Part shown: in pieces, positions 12,175-22,875 of the stretch | How positions within the stretch are numbered: position 1 is the stretch's first letter | Layout: each line of letters begins with the position of its first letter | DNA from: Escherichia coli | GTDB taxonomy: Bacteria; Pseudomonadota; Gammaproteobacteria; Enterobacterales; Enterobacteriaceae | DNA: 64,000 nucleotides | Assembly (NCBI RefSeq): GCF_003334765.1 | Contig: NZ_QOWT01000002.1 | Direction: 5' to 3' (one strand) | Program-made: the position numbers and the translations under genes | Notes under the pieces: generated by a model | What the model was told of the DNA's origin: nothing | Databases searched by the model: none | What the model saw: only the letters and a program-made list of their open reading frames with translations

Positions 12175-13425
12175 TCAAGCTAAACCAATAAAGAACCCGG
12201 CAATGGTCGCACTCATCAAGTTGGAAAGCGTCGCCGCCGCCAGCGCCCGTAAACCAAGCTGGGCGATTTCCGGCGCACGGTGTGGCGCAACCGCAGAAAA
12301 CGCCCCCACCACCACCCCGATAGAACCAAAGTTAGCGAAACCGCACAACGCGAAGGAAATAATCGCCACAGTTTTAGCATCGAGAGTGCCAGCCGTTTGC
12401 AGATAGGGTGAGAAATTGAGATAAGCGACAAATTCATTTATTGCCAGTTTCTGTCCAATCAAACTCCCGGCAAGATTCGCATCACTCCAGTCCACACCCA
12501 TCACCCACGCCAGTGGAGCCAGCAGGTAACCTAAAATGGACTCCAGCGAGGCATGTTCAAAACCAAACCAGCCACCAACGCCGCCGATAATACCGTTAAT
12601 CAACGCAATTATTGCAACAAATGCCATCACCACTGTTGCCACACCTGCGGCGATTTTCAGCCCGGTCATTGCCCCTGTCGCAGCGGCTTCAATAATGCTT
12701 TTTGGCGGTGTTTCGGTGAAAGAGAGGTTATTAAAGGAAACCTGCGAAGATTCCGTTGCCGGGCTTAACAGGCGGGCAAACAAGATCCCGCCAGGGATCG
12801 CCATTAATGATGCCGCCAGCAGATATTCCACAGGCACGCCCAGTGCGGCGTAACCAATCATTGTCGAACCAGCAATCGAGGCCATGCCACTACAAATCGC
12901 TGTAAATAATTCATTGCGATTCAGACGATCGATAAAGGGTTTGACGATTGCCGGAATTTCGTTTTGCCCGAGGAAAATGGTGGTGACCGCGACGAATGAC
13001 TCGATCTTGCTGATATTTAATGCTTTCTGGAAGATACCGCCGAGAATTCGAATTAAAATCCCCATCACACCGATGTAGTAGAGAATACTCACCAGCGCGG
13101 TGACGAAGATAATTGCCGGTAACACCCTGAAACCAAAGATAAATCCTGCACCATCAAATAAGGTATCCATTTTCGGTCCGACCAGAGAACCGAAGATAAA
13201 TGCGCTACCCGCGTCGCTGTACGCCATCACTTTATGCACGCCAAAAGCGACTTTTTCAGCGACCCAACGCCCTGGCGGTAACCAAAGCATAATGCCGCCA
13301 ATCACGACCTGTAACACTAACGCCGCGCCAACGGTACGCAGGCTGATCTTCTTCTTGTTTACTGACAGTAAAAACGCAATCGTCAGCAATACCACCATTC
13401 CCAGAACACTTCTCATGACATCCAT
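12175..13425 (-). CDS. nupX: Concentrative nucleoside transporter (CNT family) NupX/YeiJ, 416 aa
   Basis: ORF track 416 aa; highly similar to the psuT product in this window. Confidence 0.92.
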   Translation of the reverse strand: MDVMRSVLGMVVLLTIAFLLSVNKKKISLRTVGAALVLQVVIGGIMLWLPPGRWVAEKVAFGVHKVMAYSDAGSAFIFGSLVGPKMDTLFDGAGFIFGFRVLPAIIFVTALVSILYYIGVMGILIRILGGIFQKALNISKIESFVAVTTIFLGQNEIPAIVKPFIDRLNRNELFTAICSGMASIAGSTMIGYAALGVPVEYLLAASLMAIPGGILFARLLSPATESSQVSFNNLSFTETPPKSIIEAAATGAMTGLKIAAGVATVVMAFVAIIALINGIIGGVGGWFGFEHASLESILGYLLAPLAWVMGVDWSDANLAGSLIGQKLAINEFVAYLNFSPYLQTAGTLDAKTVAIISFALCGFANFGSIGVVVGAFSAVAPHRAPEIAQLGLRALAAATLSNLMSATIAGFFIGLA

Positions 13426-13524
13426 AGTGATTATCTCTTCATGTCATATTGGGCGACGGCTTTCTGCCCATCAGAAATAGCCAGGCCTGCATCTTGCGAT
13501 ACCGGCCCGGCTTGTTATCAACAC

Positions 13525-14466
13525 TTAATGGGTTTTGATGTAGCCGCGCACGCACTCTTCGACTAATCCCCAGAACCAGTCTGTATCAATAGTGATGCCG
13601 ACTTTGGTATTGGCGGGCTTGCCAAGAACGCCCAGCTCGTCGCAGACGGTACGCCCATAGCAAGGGCCACTGTTGACGTCCACTTCGACGTACATCTCCT
13701 GGGTTTTAATGCCATCAGGGTTAATCAGATAACCGATGCAGGTGGCGTCGTGCACCGGGCCGCCAGCAAGGCCGTAGTTTTCGAACTGCGTTTTGAGAGT
13801 GAAGTTCATGATGTCGCTGAACAGCTCTCCGGCGGGGCCGCCTGCCCTTTCCATCCGAGCAATCACGTCCGGGGTGCAAACGGTCTGGTTGGTGAGATCG
13901 AGGCCCATCATCACTAATGGAACGCCGGAGGTGAACACTACGCGTGCGGCTTCCGGGTCGGCAAAGATGTTGAACTCGGCAGATGGCGTGAAGTTGCCTG
14001 TACCGTAAGCGCCGCCCATTAGCACAATTTCACGGATTTTGGGCAGGATCGCGGGTTGCATACGCATTGCCACCGCGATATTTGAAAGCGGACCAACCGG
14101 CACCAGAGTGATATCGCCATCGCTTGCCATCAGGGTATCAATGATATATTTCACCGCATGAGTGCTTTCTGCCTGGCGGGTCAGCGGCTCGAATACCGGG
14201 CCATCCAGTCCGGTTTCACCGTGAATATTATCGGCAACGATTTGTTGACGCATAATGGGCTGCGGCATCCCCGCATAAACCGGAACATTAATCTCCAGTT
14301 TCTGGCAAACATTCAGGCCATTAATTAATGTTTTATCAAGCGTCTGATTACCCGCTACAATAGTGATGCCTAATAAATCTATTGCCGGATGTTTCGCCGC
14401 CATCATTATAGCAATAGCATCATCATGACCCGGATCACAATCCAGAATAATTTTTCTCTTTTCCAT
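13525..14466 (-). CDS. rihB: Pyrimidine-specific ribonucleoside hydrolase RihB (IU-NH family), 313 aa
   Basis: ORF track 313 aa; N-terminal [12 protein letters not shown] nucleoside hydrolase motif. Confidence 0.94.
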   Translation of the reverse strand: MEKRKIILDCDPGHDDAIAIMMAAKHPAIDLLGITIVAGNQTLDKTLINGLNVCQKLEINVPVYAGMPQPIMRQQIVADNIHGETGLDGPVFEPLTRQAESTHAVKYIIDTLMASDGDITLVPVGPLSNIAVAMRMQPAILPKIREIVLMGGAYGTGNFTPSAEFNIFADPEAARVVFTSGVPLVMMGLDLTNQTVCTPDVIARMERAGGPAGELFSDIMNFTLKTQFENYGLAGGPVHDATCIGYLINPDGIKTQEMYVEVDVNSGPCYGRTVCDELGVLGKPANTKVGITIDTDWFWGLVEECVRGYIKTH

Positions 14467-14634
14467 TGTTTATTTCCTCTGTTTCCAGTTGCGTTATTTT
14501 TCCTACAGCAAAGAAAATTCGACCGGGCCGATGATTGAATCTTAACAACAGCGTACGTATGCTAAATATGAGAAATCTCATAGCGGATAAACATCGTGAA
14601 AGAAATCCACAATAATGATCTTAAGCAGCAATTG

Positions 14635-15294
14635 ATGAGTGAATCCGCGTTTAAGGATTGCTTTTTAACGGATGTTTCAGCCGATACGCGGCTGTTTCAT
14701 TTTTTAGCGCGTGACTACATTGTGCAGGAAGGGCAACAGCCGTCCTGGCTGTTTTACCTGACGCGAGGCCGCGCCAGGCTTTACGCCACGCTAGCTAATG
14801 GTCGCGTGTCGCTGATCGATTTCTTTGCCGCCCCCTGTTTTATTGGCGAGATTGAGTTAATCGATAAAGACCATGAACCGCGTGCGGTGCAGGCTATTGA
14901 AGAGTGTTGGTGCCTTGCGCTCCCTATGAAACATTACCGTCCGCTGTTATTAAACGACACGCTATTTTTACGAAAACTCTGCGTCACCTTAAGTCATAAA
15001 AATTATCGTAATATTGTTTCTTTAACTCAGAATCAATCATTTCCGTTAGTGAATCGCCTGGCAGCATTTATATTACTCTCGCAGGAAGGTGATCTTTATC
15101 ACGAAAAGCATACGCAAGCGGCAGAGTATTTAGGCGTTTCTTATCGACATCTTTTATATGTTCTCGCGCAGTTCATTCACGACGGTTTATTAATTAAAAG
15201 CAAGAAAGGGTATCTCATTAAAAACAGAAAGCAGTTGTCAGGACTGGCGCTGGAGATGGACCCGGAGAATAAATTCTCCGGGATGATGCAGTAA
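14635..15294 (+). CDS. yeiL: CRP/FNR-family transcriptional regulator YeiL (conventional start [10 protein letters not shown]...); track ORF begins 13 codons upstream at 14596
   Basis: ORF track 232 aa; cNMP-binding-like fold plus C-terminal HTH; start choice between 14596 and 14635 is uncertain. Confidence 0.85.
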
Positions 15295-15316
15295 AAATTA
15301 TTTTCAATAGCGCGAT

Positions 15317-15354
15317 TGCCGGATGCAACGCTTAATACGTTTTATCCGGTCTAC
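15317..15354. repeat. REP element downstream of yeiL and psuT
   Basis: tgccggatgcaacgcttaatacgttttatccggtctac, REP-type imperfect palindrome. Confidence 0.75.
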
Positions 15355-15364
15355 AAATCGAGCA

Positions 15365-16615
15365 TTACGCCAGACCAATAAAGAACCCGGCAATAGTCGC
15401 ACTCATCAGGTTGGAAAGCGTTGCTGCTGCCAGCGCCCGTAAACCAAGCTGGGCGATTTCCGGCGCGCGTTTTGGCGAAATAGCCGAAAATGCGCCAACG
15501 ACAACACCGATAGAACCAAAGTTAGCAAAACCACAAAGCGCAAAGGAGATAATCGCAATGGTTTTCACTTCCAGCGTGCCGCCCGTTTGCAGGTATGGGG
15601 AGAAACTCAGGTAAGCGACGAATTCGTTAATCGCCAGTTTCTGCCCAATCAGGCTACCCGCAAGATTGGCATCACTCCAGTCCACACCCATGATCCACGC
15701 CAGCGGTGCCAGCACATAGCCAAAAATACTTTCCAGAGAGGCATTGGCGAAACCAAACCAGCCGCCAATTCCGCCGATAATGCCGTTGATCAGCGCAATA
15801 ATTGCGACAAACGCCATTACCACCGTCGCCACACCAGCGGCGATTTTTAGCCCGGTCATCGCACCGCTCGCCGCCGCTTCGATAAAGCTTTTTGGCGGCG
15901 TTTCGCTGAACGACAGATTTTCAAATGTGACCTGCGAAGGCTCGGTTGCCGGGCTAAGAATACGTGCAAACAAAATCCCGCCAGGGATCGCCATCAGCGA
16001 TGCCGCTAACAGGTAGTCAATTGGTACGCCCATTCCGGCATAACCAATCATCATCGAACCAGCAATGGACGCCATCCCGCTACAAATTGCGGTAAACAAC
16101 TCGTTGCGATTCATGCGATCGATAAACGGTTTAACGATCGCCGGGATCTCATTTTGCCCGAGGAAAATAGTAGTAACCGCAACAAAAGATTCGATTTTGC
16201 TGATGTTGAGGGCTTTCTGGAAAATGCTGCCAAGGATGCGAATCAGCAGCCCCATCACGCCAATGTAGTACAGCAGACTGATGAGCGCAGTAACGAAAAT
16301 AATCGCCGGAAGTACGCGAAAGGCGAAGATAAAACCCGCACCGTCAAACAGGACATCCATTTTCGGCCCAACCAGCGAACCAAAAATGAAGGCGCTACCG
16401 GCATCACTGTAAGACATCACTTTATGAACGCCTAATGCCGCCTGTTCTACTGCCCATTTTCCCGGTGGGAAGTAGAGCATGATGCCACCAATAGCGATTT
16501 GCAGCAGCAGTGCGGCTCCAACCGTGCGCAAACTGATGCTCTTTTTATTCACTGACAACAGAAATGCTATTGCCAGTAACACCACCATCCCCACAACACT
16601 TCTCATTATATCCAT
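15365..16615 (-). CDS. psuT: Putative pseudouridine transporter (CNT family) PsuT/YeiM, 416 aa
   Basis: ORF track 416 aa; paralog of nupX; last gene of the psuK-psuG-psuT unit. Confidence 0.92.
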   Translation of the reverse strand: MDIMRSVVGMVVLLAIAFLLSVNKKSISLRTVGAALLLQIAIGGIMLYFPPGKWAVEQAALGVHKVMSYSDAGSAFIFGSLVGPKMDVLFDGAGFIFAFRVLPAIIFVTALISLLYYIGVMGLLIRILGSIFQKALNISKIESFVAVTTIFLGQNEIPAIVKPFIDRMNRNELFTAICSGMASIAGSMMIGYAGMGVPIDYLLAASLMAIPGGILFARILSPATEPSQVTFENLSFSETPPKSFIEAAASGAMTGLKIAAGVATVVMAFVAIIALINGIIGGIGGWFGFANASLESIFGYVLAPLAWIMGVDWSDANLAGSLIGQKLAINEFVAYLSFSPYLQTGGTLEVKTIAIISFALCGFANFGSIGVVVGAFSAISPKRAPEIAQLGLRALAAATLSNLMSATIAGFFIGLA

Positions 16616-16708
16616 AATGATTTTCCCTTCATGCCGGTAAATCCGGCGTCAGCGCCAGGTTTTGGTATGCTTGATGAGTACGGGCGACGGCTTTCTGCCC
16701 GTCAGAAA

Positions 16709-17647
16709 TTAACCCGCGAGACGCTGATATTCTTTGGCAATTTCGCTCGCCAGAATGGCGTTGTTGAACACCAGCTGGATGTTGGATTTCAGGCTGTCAC
16801 CGCCGGTCAGTTCAGCAACGCGCGCCAGCAGGAATGGCGTACTTTCTTTACCAATGACTCCCTGAGCTTCAGCTTCAGCTACCGCCTGATCGATCGCCGC
16901 ATTGATAGTGTGTTCCGGCATAGCAAACTGTTCCGGGATCGGGTTCGCTACCACGAGGCCACCGTTCAGACCGCTTTGCCATTTCACCGCCATTGCACGG
17001 GCAATTTCGCTGGCGCTGTCGAGACGAATGCTGACGTCAAACGGGCTGGTGCGGCAGAAAAACGCAGGCAGCGCTTTAGTCTGATAGCCAATTAACGGCA
17101 CACCGAAGGTTTCTAAATACTCAGTGGTTAATCCTAAATCGAGAATAGATTTCGCCCCGGCACAAACAACGGTGACATTAGTATTTGCCAGTTCTTGCAA
17201 ATCGGCAGAAATATCGAAGGTATGTTCCGCCCCGCGATGCACACCACCAATTCCCCCGGTGGCAAATACTTTAATTCCGGCAAGCGCCGCAATAATCATC
17301 GTTGAAGCCACAGTGGTTGCGCCATTTTTTCCGGCGGCAACAACAAAAGGTAAATCGCGACGACTAACTTTGGTCACGTTATGCCCTTCACGACCCAGTA
17401 ATTCAATTTCTTCTTTGCTTAACCCCACTTTCATCACGCCGCCAATAATGGCGATCGTGGCAGGTACAGCGCCCTGTTTACGAATAGTTTCTTCAACTTC
17501 AATTGCGGTCTGGGCATTTTGTGGGAACGGCATCCCGTGAGAAATAATGGTCGATTCCAGCGCCACAACCGGTTTTTTGTTTTTTAAAGCGTCCTGCACT
17601 TCCGGGGAAATTTGTAATAATTCAGGGGAAATTTTTAATTCAGACAT
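16709..17647 (-). CDS. psuG: Pseudouridine-5'-phosphate glycosidase PsuG/YeiN, 312 aa
   Basis: ORF track 312 aa; recognised YeiN/indigoidine-synthase-A-like sequence. Confidence 0.93.
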   Translation of the reverse strand: MSELKISPELLQISPEVQDALKNKKPVVALESTIISHGMPFPQNAQTAIEVEETIRKQGAVPATIAIIGGVMKVGLSKEEIELLGREGHNVTKVSRRDLPFVVAAGKNGATTVASTMIIAALAGIKVFATGGIGGVHRGAEHTFDISADLQELANTNVTVVCAGAKSILDLGLTTEYLETFGVPLIGYQTKALPAFFCRTSPFDVSIRLDSASEIARAMAVKWQSGLNGGLVVANPIPEQFAMPEHTINAAIDQAVAEAEAQGVIGKESTPFLLARVAELTGGDSLKSNIQLVFNNAILASEIAKEYQRLAG

Positions 17648-18576
17648 TCTGCGTTCTCCACTAACGATATAACGTTGGCAATCGATAAATCGGGGTTATT
17701 GGTGTATTCACAGGAGAGCGCCATTGACGAACATCCCTGTGCGAAACGAACAGATTCGGCAAACGGCATTCCGTCTACCCAACACGAAGCAAGTCCCGCC
17801 ATCATGGCATCGCCCGCTCCGGTAACATTAATAACATTGGTTTTGATCGGCGCAGACCAGCCACTTTCACCGCTGATATCGCTGTAATAAACGCCGTCGC
17901 CGCCCATGCTCAATACCAGTCGGTTCAGGCCATGTTGATGGAACCAGGCAGCAACTTTTGCCACATCTTCACGCCCTGACAGCGCAATCCCACTCAGGGT
18001 TTCCGCTTCAAGGCGGTTTGGCTTGAGAGTGTGGATCTGATTTAGACGGTCGCGCACTTTGACACATTTCCATGCCGAAACCGGATCGACAAATACGGGT
18101 ACGTTGGCGGCATTATCCAGAATCCATGCCAGTGCCTCTTCACTGATATTACAGTCCGCGACAATGACCTTTGCCCTCTGAATAAATTCACCGTGCTGTG
18201 CGAGATATTCAGCTGTAATAGCGTTGCTAATATTCATGTCATTTATAGCAACCAGCATTTCACCGGTATTATCGAGTAATGATAAATAACTCGACGTATT
18301 TTCTCCCGGCACAATCAGGCATTTATCGACATAAACGCCAGATTGATTGGTTTGCGTTAGCAGCGATTGACCATAAAAATCACTGCCTACGGCGCTCAGT
18401 AGCCAGGCTTTGTTACCCAGCAACGCCAGGTTTTGTGCAATATTGCGCCCTACTCCACCAGGCGTAAATTTTATTTTACCTGGATTTGAATCCGCATAAT
18501 TTAATGATTCATGTGAATATCCGGCGACATCAATATTCGCCGAACCTATAATTACGACATAATCCTTTTCGCGCAT
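17635..18576 (-). CDS. psuK: Pseudouridine kinase PsuK/YeiC (PfkB family), 313 aa; overlaps the psuG start by 13 nt
   Basis: ORF track 313 aa; GGVGRNIAQNLALLG and TGAGDAMMAG ribokinase motifs. Confidence 0.93.
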   Translation of the reverse strand: MREKDYVVIIGSANIDVAGYSHESLNYADSNPGKIKFTPGGVGRNIAQNLALLGNKAWLLSAVGSDFYGQSLLTQTNQSGVYVDKCLIVPGENTSSYLSLLDNTGEMLVAINDMNISNAITAEYLAQHGEFIQRAKVIVADCNISEEALAWILDNAANVPVFVDPVSAWKCVKVRDRLNQIHTLKPNRLEAETLSGIALSGREDVAKVAAWFHQHGLNRLVLSMGGDGVYYSDISGESGWSAPIKTNVINVTGAGDAMMAGLASCWVDGMPFAESVRFAQGCSSMALSCEYTNNPDLSIANVISLVENAECLN

Positions 18577-18643
18577 AGCACGTCCTCTGGTAAAAAATTA
18601 CCAACCCTGTCAATCCACAAGAATATAGATACTGCAAAGACGG

Positions 18644-18679
18644 TTTAAACATGTGTTCATATTTAAACATGTGCTCATA
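18644..18679. promoter_or_regulatory. Tandem direct repeat of an 18-bp unit (TTTAAACATGTG[T/C]TCATA x2), 68-103 bp upstream of the psuK start codon; candidate operator
   Basis: Two adjacent 18-mers differing at one position, seen directly in the sequence. Confidence 0.4.
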
Positions 18680-18823
18680 GTATGCATGTTTTACGTAAAG
18701 TAAATTACCGCCAGAGAGGCAAAATGGGCAGATTTGAGCAGGCTCACAAAATGCGATTAAATGCCTGAATTACAAAAGCGAGGAATTTGTGACGGGATGC
18801 ACAGAACAGAACAATAAAAAAGG

Positions 18824-18852
18824 GCAGAAAATAATCTGCCCTTGAGGAAATA
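18824..18852 (-). terminator. Rho-independent terminator for the fruBKA operon (hairpin GGGCAGA..TCTGCCC with U-run on the minus strand)
   Basis: aaaaaagggcagaaaataatctgccc on the plus strand is a hairpin followed by a T-run on the minus strand, about 150 bp downstream of the fruA stop. Confidence 0.7.
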
Positions 18853-18998
18853 ACCTGAGTGTTTGATGAACGTTTGAAGTTTCTACTGAAAGATAAAACC
18901 ATTTAAATTCATAAAATTACATTCACAAACCGGTCATTCTCTTTGCGCTCATCAAATGTTACAGGACAGGAAATTTCTGCCCTGTAACACACCTTTTA

Positions 18999-20690
18999 TT
19001 ACGCTGCTTTCGCTACTGCGTCCACTTCCGGACGTTTCAGGAAGGCATAGGCCAAACCCGCCACCAGCGTACCGGCAATAATTGCTACCAGGTAACCCAA
19101 TACCGGCGTAATAGCGCCAGGGATCAGCAGAACAAACAGACCACCGTGCGGTGCCATCAGTTTCGCACCAATCGCCATTGAGATTGCGCCAGTCAGCGCC
19201 CCACCCACGATACAGCACGGCAGCACACGCATCGGATCACGAGCAGCAAACGGAATTGCACCTTCCGAAATGAAGCACAGTCCCAATACCAGAGCGGCTT
19301 TGCCACCTTCCTGCTGCGCTTTGTCGAATTTGCGACGCGCCACCATTGTTGCCAGACCCATTGCCAGCGGTGGCACCATACCTGCCGCCATAATCGCCGC
19401 CATCGGGCCATAGGTTTGAGTACTCAGCAGACCCACACCGAATGCGTACGCTGCTTTGTTTACCGGACCGCCCATGTCAGTACACATCATGCCACCGAGG
19501 ATCGCCCCCAGCAGAACCGCATTCGCAGTCCCCATGGTCTGCAGCCAGTGAGTCAGCCCTTCGAGAATGCCAGCAACTGGTTTACCGATCAGGTAGATCA
19601 TCGCCAGACCGACCACCAGACTGGAAATTAGCGGAATGATCAGGATCGGTTTCAGCGCCTCCATACTCTGTGGCAGTTTCAATTGCGTACTGATTAACTT
19701 CGCAATGTAACCAGCCAGGAAGCCCGCAATAATACCACCAATGAAGCCAGAACCGGTGCTGACCGCCAGCATACCGCCAATCAGACCCGGAGTGAGGCCC
19801 GGACGATCGGCAATGGAAAAGGCAATATAACCTGCCAGTACCGGCACCATCAGCGCAAAGGCTGAACCACCACCAATCTGCATCAGCGCCGCAGCCAACG
19901 TACCCGGCTCTTTAAACGCTTCGATACCAAAAGCAAAAGAAAGCGCGATACACAGACCACCTGCAACGACCATCGGCAGCATGTAAGAAACGCCCGTCAG
20001 CAAGTGACGGTATGCGCCTGCACTCTCTTTCTTACTTTCAGTGGTCGCCGTTTGAGCTTTGCCCGCCGGTTCATACGGCGTTGCTTCAGCAACCGCTTTA
20101 TCCAGTTCCTGCGCGGTTTTCTTCAGCGCCAGACCGGTAGAGGTACGATACATCGGTTTACCAGCAAATTTCGCCAGATCCACTTCGATATCTGCCGCCA
20201 CAATCACCAGATCCGCTGCTGCGACTTCTTCGGGAGTGATTGCATTACCCGCGCCAACAGAACCACGGGTTTCAACTTTCACCCACCAGCCACGTTTTTT
20301 CGCTTCGGTTTCAATGGCTTCAGCCGCCATAAAGGTGTGTGCTACGCCAGTCGGGCAAGCAGTCACCGCAACTACGCGTTTCGGACCGCTGGCGGCAACT
20401 GGTGCTGTCGCAGCGACCGGCGCAGTGTAAGGTTTCGCATGGCCTTTGGCTTCACTCAGGAACAGCTCAGGGTGCGCAACTGCCCGGGAAATATCGCCCA
20501 GCCAGACATTTTTACCGTTCAGCGCGCTGTCGTTCGGGATGGAATCACCGAGAACAATCGCCATTTCAGCGTCGTTCGGATTGTCGATGATTTCCAGTTT
20601 TGCTTTTCGCGCCGCCGCGCCCAGCAGGGTCTTCGCCATATAGGCGCGTGCCTGACCGAGATTAGCGTCAATAATCAGCAGCGTTTTCAT
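18999..20690 (-). CDS. fruA: PTS fructose-specific EIIB'BC component, 563 aa
   Basis: ORF track 563 aa; recognised FruA sequence. Confidence 0.95.
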   Translation of the reverse strand: MKTLLIIDANLGQARAYMAKTLLGAAARKAKLEIIDNPNDAEMAIVLGDSIPNDSALNGKNVWLGDISRAVAHPELFLSEAKGHAKPYTAPVAATAPVAASGPKRVVAVTACPTGVAHTFMAAEAIETEAKKRGWWVKVETRGSVGAGNAITPEEVAAADLVIVAADIEVDLAKFAGKPMYRTSTGLALKKTAQELDKAVAEATPYEPAGKAQTATTESKKESAGAYRHLLTGVSYMLPMVVAGGLCIALSFAFGIEAFKEPGTLAAALMQIGGGSAFALMVPVLAGYIAFSIADRPGLTPGLIGGMLAVSTGSGFIGGIIAGFLAGYIAKLISTQLKLPQSMEALKPILIIPLISSLVVGLAMIYLIGKPVAGILEGLTHWLQTMGTANAVLLGAILGGMMCTDMGGPVNKAAYAFGVGLLSTQTYGPMAAIMAAGMVPPLAMGLATMVARRKFDKAQQEGGKAALVLGLCFISEGAIPFAARDPMRVLPCCIVGGALTGAISMAIGAKLMAPHGGLFVLLIPGAITPVLGYLVAIIAGTLVAGLAYAFLKRPEVDAVAKAA

Positions 20691-20706
20691 TATGCCTCTC
20701 CTGCTG

Positions 20707-21645
20707 TCAGTTAAAAGGTTGTAAGTCGACGCGCGCCATCATTGCGGCCAACTGCGGACGATCGGTAATACCCACATTGCTTTGACTTACCGCCAGGGCT
20801 GCAACAGCTGTCGCCAGACGCAGTGTGTGTTCACTGGATTCACGCATCAGCAAGCCATAAATCAGGCCACCAACCATAGAATCCCCTGCGCCAACGGTGC
20901 TTACGACATCGACTGACGGTGGTTTGGCGATCCATTCGCCGGAGGCATTAACCCAAAGCGCGCCTTCGGCACCCAGTGAAATAACAACATGCGCGATGCC
21001 TTGTTCACGTAGCGCATGTGCAGCTTCAATCACATCTTTCATTTCAGGCAGTTTACGGCCTGCCCAGATTTCCAGCTCGCGGCGGTTAGGTTTCACCAGC
21101 CACGGTGCCGCTTTCAAACCTGCTACTAACGCTTCACGGCTACTATCAAAGATAATGCAAGGACACTGACTACGCAGGCGAGTCATCCAGTCGGTGAACG
21201 CTTCCGGGCTGACGCCTGACGGTAAGCTTCCGCTGACACAGACCATATCGAACTGACCGAGCCAGCTCAGAGAATCAGTCACAAAGCGTTCCCAGTCGGC
21301 GGGGGTGACTTCAAAACCCGAGAAGTTGAAGTCGGTCACTTCGCCGTCTTTTTCCGTCAGCTTAACGTTAATTCGGGTGCGCCCCTGTACAACCTGGAAA
21401 CGGTTGGCAATGCCCAGCTCGCTGAACAGTTGCTGAAAACCATCCTGATTGTCTTTACCCAGGAAGCCGCCAACGGTGACATCAATTCCCAGGTCTTTTA
21501 ATACTTTGGCCACGTTGATGCCTTTACCCGCCGCATGCAGACCGGTGGTTTTCACCAGGTTCACTTCGCCGCGTTCAATTTCCGGGCAGAAACCAACAAG
21601 GTCATAAGCCGGATTAAGGGTGATAGTAGCAACACGTCTGCTCAT
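20707..21645 (-). CDS. fruK: 1-phosphofructokinase, 312 aa
   Basis: ORF track 312 aa; PfkB family, position between fruB and fruA. Confidence 0.95.
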   Translation of the reverse strand: MSRRVATITLNPAYDLVGFCPEIERGEVNLVKTTGLHAAGKGINVAKVLKDLGIDVTVGGFLGKDNQDGFQQLFSELGIANRFQVVQGRTRINVKLTEKDGEVTDFNFSGFEVTPADWERFVTDSLSWLGQFDMVCVSGSLPSGVSPEAFTDWMTRLRSQCPCIIFDSSREALVAGLKAAPWLVKPNRRELEIWAGRKLPEMKDVIEAAHALREQGIAHVVISLGAEGALWVNASGEWIAKPPSVDVVSTVGAGDSMVGGLIYGLLMRESSEHTLRLATAVAALAVSQSNVGITDRPQLAAMMARVDLQPFN

Positions 21646-22775
21646 TATGCGCCCTCCCCAAGACCAGCAGCGATAGCGTCGCCGATTGCTTTCAGCGCCT
21701 GTTCAGCATCTGCACCCTGGGCGGTAAAGCGTAGGCGATGACCTTTCTTAACGCCAAGTGCCACAACTTTCATCAGACTACGTCCGTTTGCCGGTTTGCC
21801 GGTACCATCAAGGTTTGTCACGGTAATATCACTGTTAAATTGTTTAATGGTATTGACCAGCATGGTACCTGGACGAGCATGCAGGCCGTGTTCATTGCGC
21901 ACCACAAACTCCGCGCTTAACACGTCGTCGGTCGGCGCATCATCGCTGGTCAGCAGCGCCAGCAACGTTGCCGCATCCGCTTTCAGCAAGCGGTCAGCTT
22001 TATTGTCGAGCAATAAATCAGCGAGACGCTTAAGAACCGCGATGGGCTGATCGTCATTCATCGCCACACTCACCAGCATGGCTGCCGTTTCGCCGTCCAC
22101 ATCAAAAGCATTTGCCGCACGGCTTACCGCAATCGCGCTACGCAGATTGCCTTCGGCGCTATCGCTCAGCCAGATACCCTGTCCGAGATTCAGCGGTTGT
22201 TCATTGATGGCTTTGGTGACGAAAGTGGCGTCAACTGCCCCCGCCTCTTTCAGACGCGCAGCGTTCAGCGCCTGAAGAGTCAGCAGATCGCTGGCGACGA
22301 TATCCAGTGTCAGCATTTCGTTGTCGAGCTTCAGCTGCTCACTCTGCTTTTCGCCCATCAGTAATGCGCGAAGTTCTTCTGCTGTTGTTGCTGACTTCAG
22401 TTGTTCAGCAACGGAATCATCGCTCAGTACGTGGGTCAGCTGGCGTAGCAGGCCCAGATGTTCATCCGAGCTGGCAGCAATACCGATTGCCACGTACGCT
22501 ACCTGACCGTCACCCCAGGTGACGCCTTCCGGGAACTGAAATACCTGAACGCCGGTTTTCAGCACCTGATCGCGGGTGTCGGTAGTGCCGTGTGGAATAG
22601 CAATACCATTGCCGAGGAACGTTGAGGTTTGCTGTTCGCGCGCCAGCATGCCATTGACGTAGCCTTCTGCTACATTACCGGCCTGCACCAGCGCCGCAGC
22701 GACCTGGCGAATCGCCTCTTCTTTGTCTCCGGCCTTTTCGCCCGGATGGATGTCCTGTACGGATAACTGGAACAT
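21645..22775 (-). CDS. fruB: Fructose PTS multiphosphoryl transfer protein (EIIA-M-FPr), 376 aa
   Basis: ORF track 376 aa; C-terminal HPr-like domain. Confidence 0.95.
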
Positions 22776-22789
22776 AGTTCTCCTCTCTT

Positions 22790-22810
22790 GCTGAATTGAA
22801 ACGATTCAGC
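22790..22810. promoter_or_regulatory. Cra (FruR) operator, 21-bp palindrome GCTGAATTGAAACGATTCAGC just upstream of the fruB RBS
   Basis: Perfect inverted repeat gctgaat...attcagc around a TGAAACG core; matches the Cra consensus GCTGAAWCGWTTCAGC. Confidence 0.8.
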
Positions 22811-22861
22811 CTCTATGAGAAAAAAAGCGCCAACCTGGCTTAGGGTTAAAGACAAGATCGC

Positions 22862-22875
22862 GCTGAAACGTTTCA
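22862..22875. promoter_or_regulatory. Second Cra operator GCTGAAACGTTTCA in the fruB promoter region
   Basis: TGAAACGTTTCA is a perfect 12-bp palindrome matching the Cra consensus. Confidence 0.8.

Noticed and set aside
12203-12406. Pair of similar 67-aa plus-strand ORFs at 12203-12406 and 15411-15614
   Set aside because: They are antisense frames of the paralogous nupX and psuT genes; their similarity reflects the nupX/psuT duplication, not an independent conserved small protein.
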